A stretch of DNA of 63,111 nucleotides, filler included, from Octopus bimaculoides (taxonomy: Eukaryota), in NCBI RefSeq assembly GCF_001194135.2. It is 4 parts of 4 records of this genome, joined end to end, with 100 filler letters (N's around TTAATTAATTAA, not from the genome) between each part and the next. Parts side by side here need not be neighbours in the genome. Positions count along the whole stretch, not along the records: positions 44,302 to 60,638 come from NC_069002.1; positions 60,739 to 63,111 come from NC_069010.1; 2 more parts are not named here. One strand, written 5' to 3'. A program made the position numbers and the translations under genes. Of the stretch, positions 50,315 through 63,089 are shown in pieces. Under the pieces are notes generated by a model. That model was not told where the DNA came from. It saw only the letters and a list, made by a program, of their open reading frames with translations, and did no database searches. Numbering within the stretch: the first letter of the stretch is position 1; each line of letters starts with the position of its first letter.

Positions 50315-50587
50315 GTGGAGGGCCAATGGCCCAGTGGTTAGGGCAGTGGACTCGCGGTCGAAGGATCGTGGTTACGATTCTTAGACCGGGCGTTGTGAGT
50401 GTATATTGAGCGAAAACACCCAAAGCTCCACGAGGCTCCGGCAGAGGGTTATGGCGAACCCTGCTGTACTACTTAACCACAACTTTCTCTCACTCTTTCC
50501 TCCTGCTTCTGTTATACACGTATCTGAAAGGTCCTGCCTTGTCACACACTATGTCACGCTGAATCTTCCCGAGAACTACGTTAAGGG
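50315..50587 (+). mobile_element. SINE family C, cut by a gap
   Basis: GGAGGGCCAATGGCCCAGTGGTTAGGGCAGTGG head. Confidence 0.88.
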
Positions 50588-51012
50588 NNNNNNNNNNNNN
50601 NNNNNNNNNNNNNNNNNNNNNNNNNNNNNNNNNNNNNNNNNNNNNNNNNNNNNNNNNNNNNNNNNNNNNNNNNNNNNNNNNNNNNNNNNNNNNNNNNNNN
50701 NNNNNNNNNNNNNNNNNNNNNNNNNNNNNNNNNNNNNNNNNNNNNNNNNNNNNNNNNNNNNNNNNNNNNNNNNNNNNNNNNNNNNNNNNNNNNNNNNNNN
50801 NNNNNNNNNNNNNNNNNNNNNNNNNNNNNNNNNNNNNNNNNNNNNNNNNNNNNNNNNNNNNNNNNNNNNNNNNNNNNNNNNNNNNNNNNNNNNNNNNNNN
50901 NNNNNNNNNNNNNNNNNNNNNNNNNNNNNNNNNNNNNNNNNNNNNNNNNNNNNNNNNNNNNNNNNNNNNNNNNNNNNNNNNNNNNNNNNNNNNNNNNNNN
51001 NNNNNNNNNNNN

Positions 51013-51043
<31 letters not shown>

Positions 51044-54000
51044 TGTCTGTGTGTGTATGTGTGTGTGTGTATGTGTGTGTGTGTATTTATGTATACCTTA
51101 ATGTATATGCGTATACGTACATGAACATATAAATAAAATCTAACTTCTTTATAGCCTGCTATTAACTTGTTATTTATCGTAATGTTTGCAAGATAAAATG
51201 AAGTGAAAAGAGCAAGATAAAAATCTCATTACTGCAATGTTTCACTGATTTCATATTTTTATTCAAGTGGTGTCAACATCAATTGCCGCTAAGTTGAAAA
51301 TGGCGCTCATGTGGTCTGGTCAAATTGTCATGACATTCAAATTACATCTCTTTATCTCTAGTGAGACTGGAGTCAATAATCAGAGAAATTACAATATATT
51401 ACTTGTATCGCCTGTCATTTCTTTCATTTTATTTGTAGATTATAGATGTTTATATCTCTCTGTTTTACATTTCGAATCTGCATGTTTGAATTCTCATGTG
51501 CACTCATACATACACATAGGTTCATATACAGACACAATAAAACATATACATGCATACATACATACACATGCATATATGCATACACGTACAGAACTACATG
51601 CATACGTTCATAAATACTTACATACGTACATACATACTCAAAAGCACATACATACACCTTAATACACAAACACATTCATAAATATATATTATGGACTATA
51701 CAGAGTTTCCACACGTAAATATACACACACGAGACAATACAAAGATGATTGCTACCAGAGCGGGAAGAGAAACTATTTTAAGAGAGAGAAAGGTTTTTTT
51801 TTTCTCTCATAATACACCAAACGAGATAGAAATCATATGTTGTAGATATAAAACTTTGCAGAGCTACTTAATTGGGCATACGTTACTAGAAACTGGTAGA
51901 TTTTGTAGTACGAATAATTACCTACATTTCAACCGACGAGACAATTTACAAATGTCCTTGTTAATCGAGTTTACGTTCGTATATTGATCAGTTCGCTTCG
52001 TCACTTTAAGACATTGTTTGAAGTATAATGTCAGTGTGAAGACCAACATTACAAACATTCTTATTTTCAGAGTAAGATTTAAATGTAGACATTTCTCAGT
52101 GGTTAAAGCGTCGGGCCCACAATCACGAGGTAGTGGGTTCGATTCCCGGACCGGGACGTGTGTTGTGTGTTGTGTTCTTCAGGAAGACACTTTATTTTCA
52201 TGTTGCTCCAGTTCACCAGTTCACTCAGCTGTAGAAATGAGTTGCGACGTCTCTGATGCCAAACTGTATCGGCCTTTACTTTTCCCTTGGATAACGTTTG
52301 TAGCGTGGAGACATATTCTATCGGTCTCTTGCTGGACTGCTACGCTACGGGGACGTAAACAAACCAACACCAGTTGTCAAGCGGTGGGGGTGGGGGACAC
52401 ACACAGGCACAAACACTCACATACGCATATATATATATATATATATATATNNNNNNNNNNNNNNNNNNNNNNNNNNNNNNNNNNNNNNNNNNNNNNNNNN
52501 NNNNNNNNNNNNNNNNNNNNNNNNNNNNNNNNNNNNNNNNNNNNNNNNNNNNNNNNNNNNNNNNNNNNNNNNNNNNNNNNNNNNNNNNNNNNNNNNNNNN
52601 NNNNNNNNNNNNNNNNNNNNNNNNNNNNNNNNNNNNNNNNNNNNNNNNNNNNNNNNNNNNNNNNNNNNNNNNNNNNNNNNNNNNNNNNNNNNNNNNNNNN
52701 NNNNNNNNNNNNNNNNNNNNNNNNNNNNNNNNNNNNNNNNNNNNNNNNNNNNNNNNNNNNNNNNNNNNNNNNNNNNNNNNNNNNNNNNNNNNNNNNNNNN
52801 NNNNNNNNNNNNNNNNNNNNNNNNNNNNNNNNNNNNNNNNNNAGGTTCTTATATTTGTAATGTGAAGGAGGAAGATGATGTTAAAGATAGTAATTGTGAT
52901 ACTATTGTCGCTGATTAAAGTTATTTTAAAACTGATATTGAGTATGGTAACGTTTAATAGACTATTGTTCTTTCTGTCAATAATGTAATTTTTATTTGTT
53001 GCTTTTTCTAGCAACAAAGATATTTTTATTATAACGGATGAATTACTAAATAGATATTGTTATTTATTGATGATATTATAAAAAAAAAAAAACGAAGAAA
53101 AAAAACGGTATCATATCCAGATTTCAATTTTATGGCTCTATTCTAGAGAATAAATGCTATTTAATAATTTTTTTGATTCAACAAAAATATATTAATTTAT
53201 CTTCCTTTTTTAAATATAATCTTTCTTCATTTTAAATTTATTTTTCTCCTATTAGATTTTATTTGTCTCCTTTTTCACTTTGCTAAGTAGGCTATAACGC
53301 AAATGTAATGGAGTAGAAATACAATGTTTATTAAGTATAGGAGGAAAATAAAGTTTAAATGAAAAATAATATATAATAAAGACAAAATAATTCGCTCTTT
53401 ATAAAGTATTATGTTGTCAGAAAAGTTCCTTCGTTTCATTCCAATATTATTTGAATTAAAATTAATGTTATTGTAGAGTTTTATTTGTATATTTATATAT
53501 CAATGTGTGAGTCGTTGGGTCTGCATTTGTCTCCCACCACCGCTTGACAACCTGTGTTGGTGTGTTTACGTTCCCGTCCCCAGTGGCTCGGCTGAAGAGA
53601 ACGAGAGAATAAGTTCCTGGCTTGAAAAATAAGAATGAGTACTTGGGTCGTTCGGGTAAAATTCTTCAAGCTGTTACCCCAGTATGGCTGCAGTCTAATG
53701 ACTGAAACAGGTAAAAGATTGTAGGTCTTTCCTTCCTCTGTTTAATTAGAATAAATTTCAACTTATTTCAGACGTATGATGATGGCGTGCCAAGGATATA
53801 AAAAAAAAAATTAGCAGTTTCTACTCCTGTATCTCTTTGATTTTAATGAAAGTTCCAAAGCTGCTGAAGCCGCTCCAGACATTTCTGCTGTTTTTTTTTG
53901 TTACAAAAGCCGCATACCTGATTTTCGGCACGAAGATTCGTGTTGCTTATTATTTTTTTTCTCCTTGCTTGGCCAGAGAAAGAAACACAGTGAATTAGAT

Positions 54001-54312
54001 GATACTTTTAATAGGTTCCTTCATTTAGTTTCGATTGCAAACATAGTGAAAATAGCTTGGTAAAAAAATAAATATTTACTTGAAAAGTTTTATTGATTCT
54101 TTTCCCAAATGTAAGGATTGGAATATGTACTGATACTCAACTCACTTTGTGGAAAAAAATAACAACAACAAAAAGCAAAACAAAACCAAACTCTAAAGTA
54201 ATCTACAGCTTGTTAAAAATGGGTATTTGGTCCTCAGTAAAAAAATATTTCTCATCCCATTGTTTACGTTATTTACATTTGACGGTTATTTATCCGCATC
54301 TTGTTTGTTGTT

Positions 54313-54358
54313 AACACAACGTTTCGGCTGATATTCCCTCCAGCTTTCATCAGGTGCC
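54313..54358 (-). ncRNA. Minimal type I hammerhead ribozyme motif
   Basis: GGCAC-CTGATGA-A-AGCTG(GAGGGAATAT)CAGCC-GAAAC-GTT-GTGTT; conserved core, one mismatch at the base of stem II. Confidence 0.75.
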
Positions 54359-54719
54359 TTGGGGAAATTTAGAACCTGGGTTCTCATTCGTAAGGTATTT
54401 TTCAATATTTATTATTATAATTATTATGTTGTTTTTCTTGCCTTCTTTCTTCAAATTTTCTGTCATTTCTCGCCGAGTATTTTCCGTATACTTAGGGCAG
54501 AGAAGCTCATTGTATGCATTCCCAGTTTACACACGCAAATTCACAAGTAAAATATGTACTAAAAAAATTAATAAATAAATAAATTCATGAATGGTTGTTG
54601 TTTTCAAGGCGATAATTACTATTCAGGTCACTTCCTGGAATCGAACTCGGAATCTTGATGTTAGTAGCCCGAGCTCTTAACCACTACGCCATAATCCTGT
54701 GGGTTCGAAATTTCCTCAA

Positions 54720-54765
54720 GGCACCTGATGAAGGCTGGAGGGTATATCAGCTGAAACGTTGTGCT
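54720..54765 (+). ncRNA. Minimal type I hammerhead ribozyme motif (inverted copy)
   Basis: GGCAC-CTGATGA-A-GGCTG(GAGGGTATAT)CAGCT-GAAAC-GTT-GTGCT; stems I and II pair fully allowing G-U. Confidence 0.8.
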
Positions 54766-54869
54766 AACAACAAACAAAATGAAGACAAATATCCGTCAAA
54801 TGTAAATAATATAAATAATGTACATAATTCCTCATCTCTTAAATATAGAACTAAGTTTCTTGCCTCAGT

Positions 54870-55560
54870 TCCAAAAATGGATTTATTCTTATTAATGACA
54901 CTGCATGTATTCTGAAGAGATAAAGAGAGCATTTTGGGCATTCTTCAGAAGCTAACATAACTGGTTGAGAAGGTTACAAAAGGCCTACCGCAGTATCATG
55001 CTTTTGAATAAGCCGATAATAATCTTAACATAGATGAAATTTGCTATTGAACAGAGCAACTGAAGGAAATCCCCCGAAATTGATGGCATAATAGTTGAGG
55101 TTATTATGTATGGAGGGGAGGTAGTGAATGATCTTGTGATCACAGAAATTGTGAGCGTGTAAAATGATTCACCAGTTTCACCAGGCTGGGGAGATGGAAA
55201 ACTGATTTCAATGTACAAAGGAAAATTGCCAAATCAAACTGTGATTAATTTTATGGTACTTCCTCACATGTAACTGTTGTTTGCTCACTCACGAGACTTT
55301 GTTGCATCATTTGCTAACGGATATTATGTTCTATCATTGTTCCAGAGTCTCAATATGGATTCAGATCTAATAAAAGAGCCACAAATATGATTTTGCATCT
55401 GACAATTGCGAGAGTAGTGTGTAGAACAGAGCGACAGTCTTTATCAAGTTTTTTTGTTGATATAAAGAAGGCTTTTCGTATGCTGAATAGAAATGCATTC
55501 TGGATAATATTAGGAAAATTAAGAGGATCAGCAAAGTTTGTTGATTTGTTCGTCCAACCC
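54870..55560 (+). mobile_element. Degenerate RTE-like LINE RT fragment
   Basis: KSPEIDGI..EVIMYGG; PESQYGFRSNKRATNMI; FVDIKKAFRMLNRNAFW.ILGKL. Confidence 0.82.
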
Positions 55561-55649
55561 CGAATTGGCAGGGAACCCTATTTCAATTAAAATGCTATTC
55601 TGTCCGAACCAATCCTAGGACACAAGATTGTTAATCAAAAATATGTTGT

Positions 55650-56025
55650 AGTTGGCACTCCGTCGCTTACGACGTCGAGGGTTCCAGTTGATCCGATCAA
55701 CGGAACAGCCTGCTCGTGAAATTAACGTGCAAGTGGCTGAGCACTCCACAGATACGTGTACCCCTAACGTAGTTCTCGGGGATATTCAGCGTGACACAGT
55801 GTGACAAGGCTGGCCCCTTTGAAATACAGGTACAACAGAAACAGGAAGAAAGAGTGAGAGAAAGTTGTGGTGAAAGAGTACAGCAGGGTTCGCCACCACC
55901 CCCTGCCGGAGCCTCGTGGAGCTTTAGGTGTTTTCGCTCAATAAATACTCACAAAGCCCGGTCTAGGAATCGAAACCTATGACCGCGAGTCCGCTGCCCT
56001 AACCACTGGGCCATTGCGCCTCCAC
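55650..56025 (-). mobile_element. SINE family C
   Basis: Very similar to 37715-38105. Confidence 0.92.
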
Positions 56026-56664
56026 AATCAAAAATATAGATCTGTGTTAAATATATTCTTGATATGCTTAGCAATACTGATTACAAATATATATTTCTGG
56101 ACTGTGATGTAGACATTTTTGTCTGTTGTTGCAGAAGAGATAAACTGTTTAATCTAAAACTGTTGCAAAGCAAAATCGAAATTCTTTTAAAACGCTAGCT
56201 ATATTACTTGTATGCTGAAAGATATGTCTGTTCGTAGGTTTCCTCTTATCACCAGAAGATATTGTAGAAAACTTACCAAAGATTCCATATTGTGGTACTG
56301 AACCTGAAACATACTTGGTTGGGAAGTAAACCGCTTGCGATACACTTACACCTGATATATATTTATGTATATATATTTTCTTGCGTCTTAGGAGCGTCAT
56401 TGCGTGAATAATAATAATAACACATACACAGGTTCAATTCCACTTCGATCGTTTTTTCTTTTTCTTTTTCTGTTCTTTTTTTTTCAGTTCGTCAAAGTTC
56501 TTTCGTTGCCATTCGCAACCTTTTCAGAGATCGTGTCTACATAACTAATTTCAAAAGCTGCCACAGCCTCTATTTCTCTCTTCTGTCTCTCTCTCTCCCC
56601 TCTGTCTCTCTCTCCCTGTCTCTCTCTCTACATATATGTGTGCGTGTGTGTATGTGTGTGTGTG

Positions 56665-56890
56665 TGAAAGTACGTGACCTAGTGGTTAAGCACTTGCACT
56701 CACTAGTACCTGATCGTGGGTTCAATTCCCTGATTAAGCAGCGCGTTGTGGTCTTGAGCAATAAACTTCATTTCATATTGCTACAGTCCCCCTTTCGATG
56801 AGGGAGGGGGGATTGTTGGCTAAAACAATACAAAAGCGCATTGTGATCAGCGATGTGTAACAACATCTGATAGTCTGGTCGGTCATGTAA
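56665..56890 (+). mobile_element. SINE family E
   Basis: GTGACCTAGTGGTTAAGC...GGGTTCAATTCCC...TCTTGAGCAA. Confidence 0.75.
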
Positions 56891-57202
56891 TCACATGATG
56901 TATATGTATATGTGTGTGTATGTGTGTTTGTATGTATGTATGCATGCATGTATGTATGCATGTGTATTTGTGTGTGCATAAGCCTGTGTCTGAGTGTATT
57001 CAAGTGCTTTCCGAAATAAGCAAGCACTGTACTTTAATGGCTCCGAGGAAGGTATAAGATGCTGCACAAGTACTCAGCTCTAAGTGTGTATCTTCTCATA
57101 GCAGAAACAGCTGTAAGCTGATCAAGTAGATTACATAAAACCTATCTCCTTGTTATTCATTAATTGATTAATATTACGATCTGTATTCTCCAATCGCTTT
57201 AC

Positions 57203-57298
<96 letters not shown>

Positions 57299-57526
57299 TC
57301 ATACATATACATACACAAATATATTTCTATTTCCAGGGAAATTCATATACACGCATTACACGCTTATACATACGTAGACAGTCTCACACAGGTTTCTGTT
57401 ATAATATAATGATACTCAGAAACCTTTTCCCAATAAATGACATCAAAAACGGGATGAAAGGCTTTGACTGTTAGCAGTCACACAATAAGAGAAGAAACCA
57501 AACCACTCAAACTCTCCCTCTCTCTC

Positions 57527-57561
<35 letters not shown>

Positions 57562-58214
57562 CACTGTCTCCTTCTCTCACTCCGCTCCCCGCCGTTTCTA
57601 TCACTTTCTCTCTCTACCTATCTCTGGGTGTGTCTTTCTGTCTCTCGCCTTTCATCGTCTCCCAACAAGGTGCTGTTTTATGTCGAACAAGTAATCACAT
57701 TTATTATTGTTAATATTCTCCTTGTCTAACGTCACACTTCACACCTTTCACTCAATAACAATTTTCAATTGGATTTACTTGTTATATTAGAGAAAGGAGA
57801 AATACATCTTCGTAATGGCTGGACATATAGAGTTCTACTTCACACTGTTCTTTCAGTCTCTCTCTGTCTCTCTCTCTCTCTGTCCGTCTGTACCTCTGTC
57901 CGTCCGTCAGTCCGTGTGTCTGTCTATCTGCCTACTTACCTATCTATCTATTTATCTATCTATCTCATCCTCTCTCTCTTTCTCTCTCTTTCTCTCTCTC
58001 TGTATATATGTATCCACTAACCTGTCTGTGTATCCGTCTGTCTGTCTGTCTGTCTCTGTATATATATATATATATNNNNNNNNNNNNNNNNNNNNNNNNN
58101 NNNNNNNNNNNNNNNNNNNNNNNNNNNNNNNNNNNNNNNNNNNNNNNNNNNNNNNNNNNNNNNNNNNNNNNNNNNNNNNNNNNNNNNNNNNNNNNNNNNN
58201 NNNNNNNNNNNNNN

Positions 58215-58254
<40 letters not shown>

Positions 58255-58510
58255 AGTGTATGTGTGTTTGTGAGTGTGTGCGAGTGTGAGTGTGTGTGCG
58301 TGAGTGTGTTTGTGTATGTATAGATAAGTAGATAGATAAATAGATAGCTAGATCGCTGTGTCTCTCTAACTTCAAACGATTTCTCTCTTCAAATATATAT
58401 CTCAAGTCACCAGGAGGTGAATATTCATCAAGCGGGTATGGAAAGATTCATACAATGATATATTGAGACACACAACATTTCGCAAATGAACACGTGTACT
58501 CACACACACA

Positions 58511-58567
<57 letters not shown>

Positions 58568-58690
58568 TCGCATATAAATGTTTAAACATACAGACGCAAT
58601 CATACATGCACATAAATATATGTATGCCTGTGGTGTTTGTGTGCGGACGTGGGTACGGATGTGTGTGCGTGAGTGTGTGTGTTTGTGCTT

Positions 58691-58722
<32 letters not shown>

Positions 58723-60605
58723 CTGAGCTGTGACAAATGATCACTAAGAACGATATTGGCAACAACTCCAAGAAATGATCAGAAAGAATAGCAAAATCAA
58801 AAGAGCACAAACAGTACCACTCCCATCTCTTTGACTGCTGCCATTATTAACACCACCTCCACCATAACCAGCACCAGCGTCGACAACCCCACCACAAGTG
58901 CCAGTACCACTTTCACTCTCCAGCGAATACGTGCATCTACGCGATCGCTCGGCCTGCAAGAATTGGCATCTGAATCCTTTACAAACAATACGCTATCCCC
59001 TTAAAAATAGTTATTATTTTAAAATAATATAGCCTAAAAACTAAGACAGGAAAGAAATTATGGTGGTCATTGTTTGCCTATCATCGAACGATTTTATTTA
59101 TTCGTTGAAAGGGCGGGAAAATTGCCCTTAAGCATTGTCTTCCACACGCCAGCGATTTTGCCAGCTCGTTGCCTTTAATGGTTTGACATTTTGCCCATTG
59201 ACCAGGAAATTATAAGGTAGGGATTCAGTTGATTACATCGGCCTCAGTGCTGAACAGGTACATATTTTATTTCCCTGAAAGGATGAAATGTAAAGTCGAT
59301 CGTCAAAGCAGAATTTGAACTCAAAACTTAAAGAGGCGCAAAAAATTACGCAAATAATTTGTCTCACTAACGGTTTCACATTAACGATTCATTTCAAATT
59401 AACGGTTTCACGTTTTGGCTCACGGCTTGCAATTTTATGGAGCATGGTTCAATCAATTACATCGGCCGTAATATTCTACCAGGGCTACTTATTTTATCGG
59501 CACCGAAGTAATTGAAAGTGGAACTTGACCGAATTTGAAGAATTTTGTTCGACGCGATATCGACAGCAAGCTAACCATCTTATTCACATTAATAAAAAAA
59601 ATTATTTTGATTCACTGTCTTGAGACCATTGTTTTGATTTCAATTTTATTCAAAAAAAATACCTACAAATAGTAAGTAAATAAAAATTATGAAAAAGAAA
59701 ACCAATTGAATTTAATTCAAAATTATTTCCACAAGAAAAATCACGTAGCCTTGTAATTGTCGTTCAAATAATTTTTTCTTTCGTTATTTGTCGATCACAA
59801 AAAGGTTTCTACCTGCTAAATGACTATGCCATTACATATCCAGTAATAATCCCAGCAGTAACACGTATTGTATTTATAGTTTTCTATAAAATCTTCGTTA
59901 ATTTTACATTTTATTTCACCGCGTGAACACAGCTACTTAACATTTTTCAACAGAACCATTCGAGCAAGAATATCATTTGTCTTCATATAGCTCTTTAATA
60001 TTCTGTTAATACTCTGTCCTCAGTGTTTTCTGAATAAATCATTAGTAGTTCTTCCCTTTGCATTCTACAGAAGATTCGCTTCTACACAGACAGCTTATAG
60101 CACAATACATACACTTTTTCTTCGAATGATTAGATGCTTACTCATTAATATGTGTGAGTATATGCGTGTTGATGTACGAGAGAGAGAGAGAGGGGGAGGA
60201 GTGGGCTGAACAATTCTCGTATTAATTTTAATGATTGAATAGAAAGACGAAAATAAATTTGTAATTACCGATTTGATGTATAATACCAAGTAATTTTACA
60301 GGCGAATATAGAGTGCTTACAAAGTAGTGAATTGTGTACCGAATATGCAGGAGGGGAGGTGTTCTGTATGTGTGTAATTATATATATGTGTATATAGTTT
60401 ACTGTTTCGTTAAGGTAAGATCAGCAATAAAATTATTCCATCCAGTTAGAAAGATAAATATCATTTAATGTACGAAGTATAAAGATATGACCTACTGATC
60501 GATTCTTCATTGCAGACGGGAGTTTAAGCAGGTTTTTATAACTCGTCTTGTGTGTCCAAGCAAGAAATAATCAATAATTCGTATCTTTATACCGAGTACG
60601 TTAAA

Positions 60606-60638
<33 letters not shown>

Positions 60639-60738
60639 NNNNNNNNNNNNNNNNNNNNNNNNNNNNNNNNNNNNNNNNNNNNTTAATTAATTAANNNNNN
60701 NNNNNNNNNNNNNNNNNNNNNNNNNNNNNNNNNNNNNN

Positions 60739-61364
60739 CCCATAAAAAATGCGGATTTTTTCAATTGCATGAGCTAAAAGTTGGAGGAGGATGATAAACT
60801 ACCTGCATCGACTTTCTATAAAAGCAGGTAGTAATTTTACCTTGTTTTTATTCTTAGTGCAGGGTTTGAAGAGTGCAGTTCAGTTTTAACAGTTTTTTTT
60901 TTTTCAAAGCTATAATGGAAGTGACAAAGGAGCATATTTGACATATTTTGCTTTTATGAGTTCAATAAAGGCAACAACGCAAAGGAAAGTGTGAGGAATA
61001 TTAATGCAGTATATGGGGATTGGACAATAAGCGTAAGCCAGTGTCAATGGGGGTTCCAGAAATCCTGAGCTGGAAATTACAGCCTAGAAGACATACCTCA
61101 TCCTGGAAGATCTGTAGAGCTCGATACGGATGTACTGCAAAGCCTGGTGGAACAAAATCCCATCATAACAGTTGAGGAACTAGCAGAGAAGCTTGGATTT
61201 GATCATTCAACCAATCATTCAAGTCAGCGTTAGAAGAAAAACGACCATCTTTGGTTTCAAGATGAAAGGTGTTCTTCCATCAGGATAATGCTCGGCCACA
61301 CACAGTGAGGATGACATTCCAAAAACTGGAGCAGTTTGAATGGGAAATGATGCCCCACCCACCA
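60739..61364 (+). mobile_element. Internally deleted mariner relic (5' part)
   Basis: MEVTKEHI.HILLYEFNKG...GRSVELD..L..LVEQNP...ELAEKLG; VFFHQDNARPH...WEMMPHPP. Confidence 0.9.
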
Positions 61365-62106
61365 GGGTATTGTTCCCATGGACTGTCCAGCTCAAAGTCC
61401 CGATTTGAATCCGATCGAACACCTATGGGGAACTCTTGGTGAAGCTATCAGGAACACAACAATTGAAAATAAAGAGCATTTGTACCAAACGTTAAGAGAA
61501 GAATGGAGTAAAATTGCACCTAGCACCAGCAAGAAACTAGTTGAAACTAAGGCGACGAGCTGGCAGAAAGGTTAGCACACCGGGCGAAATGCTTAGCGGT
61601 ATTTTGTCTGCCGTTACGTTCTGAGTTCAAATTCCGCCGAGGTCGACTTTGCCTTTCATTCTTTTGGAGTCGATAAATTAAGTACCAGTTATGCACTGGG
61701 GTCGATGTAATCGACTTAATCCCTTTGTCTGTCCCCTCTATGTTTAGCCCCCTGTGGGCAATAAAGAAATAAGAATCGTTAGCACGCCGGGCAAAATGCT
61801 TAGCGGTATTTTGTCTGCCGTTACGTTCCGAGTTCAAATTCCGCCGAACTCAGATATCTCTTTGTCTGTCCTTGTTTGTCTCCTCTATGTTTAGCCCCTT
61901 GTGGGCAATAAAGAAATAAGAAACTAGTTGATTTGATACCTAACAGTATAAAAGTGGTAACTGATGCTAAAGGAGGGTTAGCCAGATATTAAAACTAATG
62001 TATATCGTGAAATATACCATAATCTACCATGTGCACAAGTTTCATTAACATTGAGATAGCAGAACCCCAAAACATTGGGGTGGCCTAATACTTTTGGCCA
62101 AGGGTG
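61365..62106 (+). mobile_element. Tc1-like transposon 3' part, interrupted by a SINE
   Basis: PAQSPDLNPIEHLWG...L.EEWSKI...KLV | KLVDLIP...AKGG..RY stop; TIR-like CCTAATACTTTTGGCCAAGGGTG followed by TA. Confidence 0.9.
61545..61917 (+). mobile_element. Dimeric family A SINE with 14-bp target-site duplication
   Basis: TSD AAGAAACTAGTTGA at 61531-61544 and 61918-61931. Confidence 0.93.
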
Positions 62107-62216
62107 TATACACATATATAATACATATATGTATATACATACGCATACATAGACACACACATATACAGACTTATAATGTATCTTGCAGATACAAAACGAA
62201 ATATGTGTGTGTGTGT

Positions 62217-62258
<42 letters not shown>

Positions 62259-62268
62259 NNNNNNNNNN

Positions 62269-63089
62269 TTGCTTCAATTTTTCAGGGGTAGTCTGAAGTA
62301 TCCAAGCAACCAGGGGATGTTTAAATCCGGAGGCACTCCTGGGAATTACTTGTGTGGGTACCGTTTTCGTTAGAGGGTATCCAGAGGCAGGTAATTTATT
62401 GTTTAAACCACAGTTTATAATTATAGTTATGTGGAGAATGGAGAAACAAACACAAGAAGAAGCAATTCGGTTTGGCTAGTTAGCCATTGTTTTAATTATG
62501 TGGAGATTATATATTCTCCACATAATTATAATTATATATATATATACATATATATAATACGTGTGTGTGTGTGTATCTATAATGTAAGACAGGATCAAGT
62601 AAAACTGTGACCTGCTCCTTATTTGGTGAATCATGCAATCTTTTGTTTGTCAACTGGTAGTTATGAGAATCTACTGGGTCAGAAACCCAAGCCCATGCAC
62701 CAGTCTAACCGGCGTGTTAATGTTTCATGATATATATGTACATGCATGCACACATCATCATTGTCTGCCTTTCACACACACATATTTATGTTTATATGTG
62801 TGTGTGTATACATATATACATACACATTTTATATATATATACATATATATATATATAGGTATATGTATATATAGGTATATGTATAAGTATGTATATATAT
62901 ATATATATATAATTATGTGGAGAATTCTCTCCATTCTCCACATAATCATAATTATAAACTGCGGTTTAAACGATAAATTACCTTCCAACGAAGACGATAC
63001 CCAAACAAGTAATTTCCAGGAGTGCCTTCGGATTTAAATATCCCCTGGTTGCTTAGATACTTCAGACTACCCCTAAAATATTGAAGCAA
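62269..63089. repeat. Fold-back element with ~165-175-bp inverted arms (62269-62445 and 62927-63089)
   Basis: Arms are clear reverse complements apart from one ~14-nt indel; left end abuts a gap. Confidence 0.9.

Larger units (their letters stand above)
54269..54850 (-). mobile_element. Non-coding PLE-type repeat: tRNA-like head, spacer and hammerhead tail, with an inverted partial copy of the tail at its 5' side
   Basis: Arms 54269-54376 and 54702-54809 are reverse complements; A box TGGCGTAGTGG (54691-54681) and B box GTTCGATTCC (54646-54637) on the minus strand. Confidence 0.85.

Noticed and set aside
54620-54695. Possible tRNA gene (also other SINE heads)
   Set aside because: A and B boxes are present but there is no complete cloverleaf or acceptor stem, and each is embedded in a repeat; treated as a SINE-type head.
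56491-56530. Minus-strand CTGAAAAG-GTTGC(GAATG)GCAAC-GAAAG hammerhead-like hairpin
   Set aside because: G8 of the core is missing and stem I does not form; single copy in the window.
58744-58988. Hydrophobic, signal-peptide-like or TM-like ORFs on the minus strand
   Set aside because: They arise from a GT-rich low-complexity stretch; all frames stop quickly and no matching splice sites were found.
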